Assembly: GCA_001179505.1 (NCBI GenBank)
Contig: CDMY01000915.1
Span: 1-10,728 of the forward strand
DNA length: 10,728 bases
Source of the DNA: Vitrella brassicaformis CCMP3155
Lineage: Eukaryota; Protista; Chromerida
Reading direction: 5' to 3'
In this document: positions 7,624 to 10,728 of the stretch, piece by piece
Layout: the number at the start of each line of letters is the position of its first letter
How positions within the stretch are numbered: position 1 is the stretch's first letter
Translations under genes and position numbers: made by a program
Notes under the pieces: generated by a model
What the model saw: only the letters and a program-made list of their open reading frames with translations
Database searches by the model: none
What the model was told of the DNA's origin: nothing

Positions 7624-8429
7624 CTACACACTCGTGAAGTCCTTGCCCCAGCAGAATTTGGACCCGCTAATGAAGAGGAAGACATACGGGTTCACTTTAT
7701 CTGGTTCCGACGAGTACGCTATTTTCGGCCGTTCGCCCTGGTCCGTGGTCTTGTGGCACTTGGCCGCCAGATCGTCGTCGGAGGCGCAGACGCCGTAAAA
7801 GCGCACCGTGCCGCCACGATTCTCGGCCGTGTGGATCACGCAGACGTCACCCGTGCCGCAAAACGACTGTCTCACACTGAAGTTGTCTGACAGCAAGCAC
7901 GGTTTGACTGAATTGCACAAGCCATACATAATCCACACCAACACAATGCATAGTTCATTGTCAGGGAGGAGGGAGGGAACAAGTGTTTGTTCCTGTGTGT
8001 GTACCCTGCTGCTGCTGGTGGGATTCGGTTGCGGCTGTCATTTGCATCATCGCGATGCTATGAGCCTTATCGATGGCTACGTTGATGGCTTGGATGGCCG
8101 AGTCGGTCAGCTCGTTGGCCGCAATGGTCAGCTCGTTCGCCGCGGTGTTGAGCTTCATGGCGGACTGGTAGATGGCCCTGCCCATCTGCATCTGCTGCTG
8201 CACCATCGACAACTCCACCGTCGACACATCTGAAGGAACCACACAAGCCGAAAAGCAGCAACGACACACAAGATGAGATGGGTCAACAGATCTGCCATGT
8301 GTGTGGTCGGATCGGTGCGGTGTGGCTTCCCTGTGGCTTACGTTGGCCATGGGTGCGCTGGGCTGCCAGCAGCGGCTGCACAATGGCCGCCAGGCCGACC
8401 ACCAGGACAATGCCGAAGCCAAAACGCAT
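7624..8429 (-). CDS. Hypothetical secreted protein (198 aa): signal peptide, Ala/Gln/Met-rich helical region, 6-Cys C-terminal domain
   Basis: Exons 8429-8342, 8229-8005 and 7907-7624 join with phase-1 GT-AG introns (an alternative in-frame acceptor lies at 7886). Product: MRFGFGIVLVVGLAAIVQPLLAAQRTHGQHVSTVELSMVQQQMQMGRAIYQSAMKLNTAANELTIAANELTDSAIQAINVAIDKAHSIAMMQMTAATESHQQQQVKPCLLSDNFSVRQSFCGTGDVCVIHTAENRGGTVRFYGVCASDDDLAAKCHKTTDQGERPKIAYSSEPDKVNPYVFLFISGSKFCWGKDFTSV*. The N-terminus is a classic signal peptide. No family recognised. Confidence 0.78.
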
Positions 8430-8607
8430 CCTGAACGCATCATGGCGGAGCCGCAGACGTGAGAAACGATTCGTACACCTGGCGACTTAAAGGGAAGATC
8501 TCTCTCTGAGTCGGAGGGAACCTCCGATGCAGTTGCCGGCGAGAAGAATTGGCCAGGTTCGGAGCTGCGGAGCTCGCAAAGTCTTGGTGTTTTTCTTTCA
8601 TCCTCCC
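8430..8607. promoter_or_regulatory. Short divergent intergenic region, putative bidirectional promoter
   Basis: 178 bp between two divergent start codons (8429 minus, 8608 plus). Repeat-poor, with the inverted repeat TCGGAGG-gaa-CCTCCGA at 8511-8527. Confidence 0.5.
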
Positions 8608-10137
8608 ATGATGCCTGGGCAGACGGAGAACTCCTCCCCTGCTGTGCCGTGCTACGGCATCATCACTGCCAACTCACAGGTGAGCGATGGATCATTGAGT
8701 GAGGAGGGCACAGCTAGGGCGGCAGATGGACGACTCACCTAGTGGCCATCAATCTATCTGTTGGTGATGTGACTGGTGGCAATGCGGTGTGGTGCAGAGC
8801 GGCCTCTCGTGTGCCCGGTATCTGTGCGACACCCTGGACCTCACACACATGAAAGGTGCACTCCACTGACAGCACAAGACGGCGGGAGGGAGAGAGGGGG
8901 GGAGAGCGCTGTTCTGTTCACCCCATTTGCTGCTTTAATTCCACCCTCCCTCCCTCCCTCTGTGTGTGCATGAAAGGTGTAGTGAGGTGCATTGTGCGCA
9001 GCGAGGACAAGAAGGGCAAGATCCTCCACACACTGGGGAGGAAACAAGACGACCCACGGCTGCAGTTCCATTGCGGGGTGGACGCCGACGACGAGGCCTC
9101 GCTCCTGAGTGCCTTTGAGGGCTGCACGAGCCTCCTGGTCGTCACACCGACCACCGCCACCCGAGGCCCTCAGACGCAGAAGATGCTGCACGCTGCCAAG
9201 AAGGCTAACGTCGCCCCAGGTTGGCATGATGGCAACAGACAATTGCCGCTGACGATTCATGCGTGTGTGTGTCGGTGTGTGTGTCCGTGTGTGTGTGAAT
9301 GGCAGGGTGGGTGGTGGTGGTGTCGTCATGGACTGTCATGATGAATCATCCGCTGTCCATTGAGCAATTTGAGCACTCCGAGAAGGTCGCTGCCGATCTG
9401 TTCCCTCACCGCGCCGCCACGCTGCGAGCAGGCTACTTCATGGTGGGCACACAAAGTGACGCCGTTCGTGTGTGTCGATGCGCCCGCGTGTGTGTGTGTG
9501 TGTGTGCAGTCGAATTTCCTCGAGTTTGGCTCGTCGGTCAGGAATGCCAGCTCCATCTTTCTGCCAATGAAAGACGCCCACTTCGCGCCTGTCGACCCTC
9601 AAGACATTGGGGCCAGCGCTGCGGCCATCATGCTGACGCCGCCCATGTGGCCCGCAGCGCTGCGGGTGGTCGACGTCAGCGGGCCGGAGACTGTCACGAT
9701 GCAGGACGTCACACATCTGCTGTCACAGATCCTCGGTAAGTGGTGAATAAGTGGAGTGGGTCACTGAGCCAGCGGGACAGACGACAGAGGAGAGAGAAGA
9801 ACGAATGTGTCTTGTGTCAACTGTGTTGTGTTGATGTGTGTCTATCTCATCGTGTGTGTTTATGTGTGGATGCCATCCATCGATGGCAATTGGGGTTTGT
9901 GGACTGGACTGCCCATCAGGGAAGGAAGTGCAGTACGTGTCAGTGGAGCTGGAGCAGGGGATGGCGGCGATGCGCACCCACGGGGCGCCGGACTGGGCGG
10001 TCGACTTCGTCAGGGCGCTCATTCCATTCATGTGGAACGGTATGATCGAGAAGCCTTACCGAGATGTGGAGATTCTCACTGGACGACGCTCAACACTCAA
10101 GGCCTTTCTGGAGAGACATAAGGCCGTGTTTGAGTGA
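8608..10137 (+). CDS. NmrA-like family / atypical short-chain dehydrogenase (NAD(P)-binding Rossmann fold), 317 aa
   Basis: Exons 8608-8679, 8798-8855, 8977-9219, 9306-9442, 9510-9735 and 9920-10137 are in frame. Motifs typical of NmrA/SDR_a5-like proteins: VRCIVRS, SLLSAFEGCTSLLVVTP, LHAAKKANV..VVVVSS, TLRAGYFMSN, APVDPQDIGASAAAIM, VSGPETVTMQDVTHLLSQILGKEVQYVSV, GAPDWAVD, DVEILTGRRSTLKAFLERHKAVFE*. Confidence 0.9.
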
Positions 10138-10728
10138 TGCAATAGGATAGCCTTGAAGGATTTGATATGTGTCTGTCTGGTGTGTGTCGTTTCTTTGTTT
10201 CATTCTTCTCTCGAGTGAGTGAGCTGACCGATGGAGTCGACTTTGACTAATCAGTCGCCTGGCTGATTGACTGACTTTGGGCATCCAATTGATCCCATCC
10301 AACAAGGAGGGAGGGAGGGAGGGAGCGGGGCTGCCTTGTTTCTCTCGAGCAGCCTGCCTAGCCTGCCTTGTCAGACTTGCTGGTGTCAGTCAGTCAGAGG
10401 GGACGTGTGGCACTGATTGCAGTGAGTGATTGGCTCTTTCTGCTGCAGTCACTGCAGCGTTTTTTGTGAGTGTGTGGCCTTCGTTCCTCACTCAGGTCCA
10501 TCGCATCTTCTCTGGTGCACACAGGCATCCATCCAGCCATTGGTGTGCAGTGAGTGCAGCATAGGCAGCGTGGATTTGGCTGGACAGACAGTGATGGCCA
10601 TAGAGGGGAGTGAATGAGTGCAGTCTGTGTGCAACGGTCTGTCTGTTCAATGGTCCCATCACGACTACCTCCACTAGTTGAGGGACTGACTGAAAGGTGT
10701 GTGGGTCTGCTCTTCAATGTGAAAGTGA

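Noticed and set aside
79-10717. Most ORFs in the supplied six-frame track (VCVCVC, THTHTH, DRQTDR, SIHPSI, GWMDG types)
   Set aside because: They are translations of intronic microsatellites or antisense shadows of real exons, not independent genes.
10138-10728. Short ORFs and scattered splice-like sites downstream of the NmrA-like gene
   Set aside because: No consistent exon chain or protein-like composition; repeat-rich UTR/intergenic sequence.

Overview
Intron-rich, microsatellite-laden eukaryotic genomic DNA with GC-rich exons. The style and the NMT sequence suggest an alveolate such as the chromerid Vitrella; that assignment is inference. The ORF track is mostly uninformative because the real genes are split into many short exons, so I rebuilt gene models by hand from GT-AG junctions and frame continuity. 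Five protein-coding genes are supported: (1) a 3-exon orphan (+, 397/466-1034), probably secreted, with a duplicated DxExWDTYLLxKK motif; (2) a 5'-incomplete surface protein (-, 1630 to at least 2857) with a thrombospondin type-1 (TSP1)-like repeat interrupted by a Cys-rich insert, a Thr/Pro stalk and a hydrophobic C-terminus; (3) N-myristoyltransferase (-, 14 visible exons, 3789-6590), whose last exon is missing and probably lies in a 300-N gap; (4) a 3-exon secreted orphan (-, 7624-8429) with a helical region and a 6-Cys domain; (5) a 6-exon NmrA-like atypical SDR (+, 8608-10137), head-to-head with gene 4. No RNA genes, CRISPR arrays or recognisable transposons were seen.
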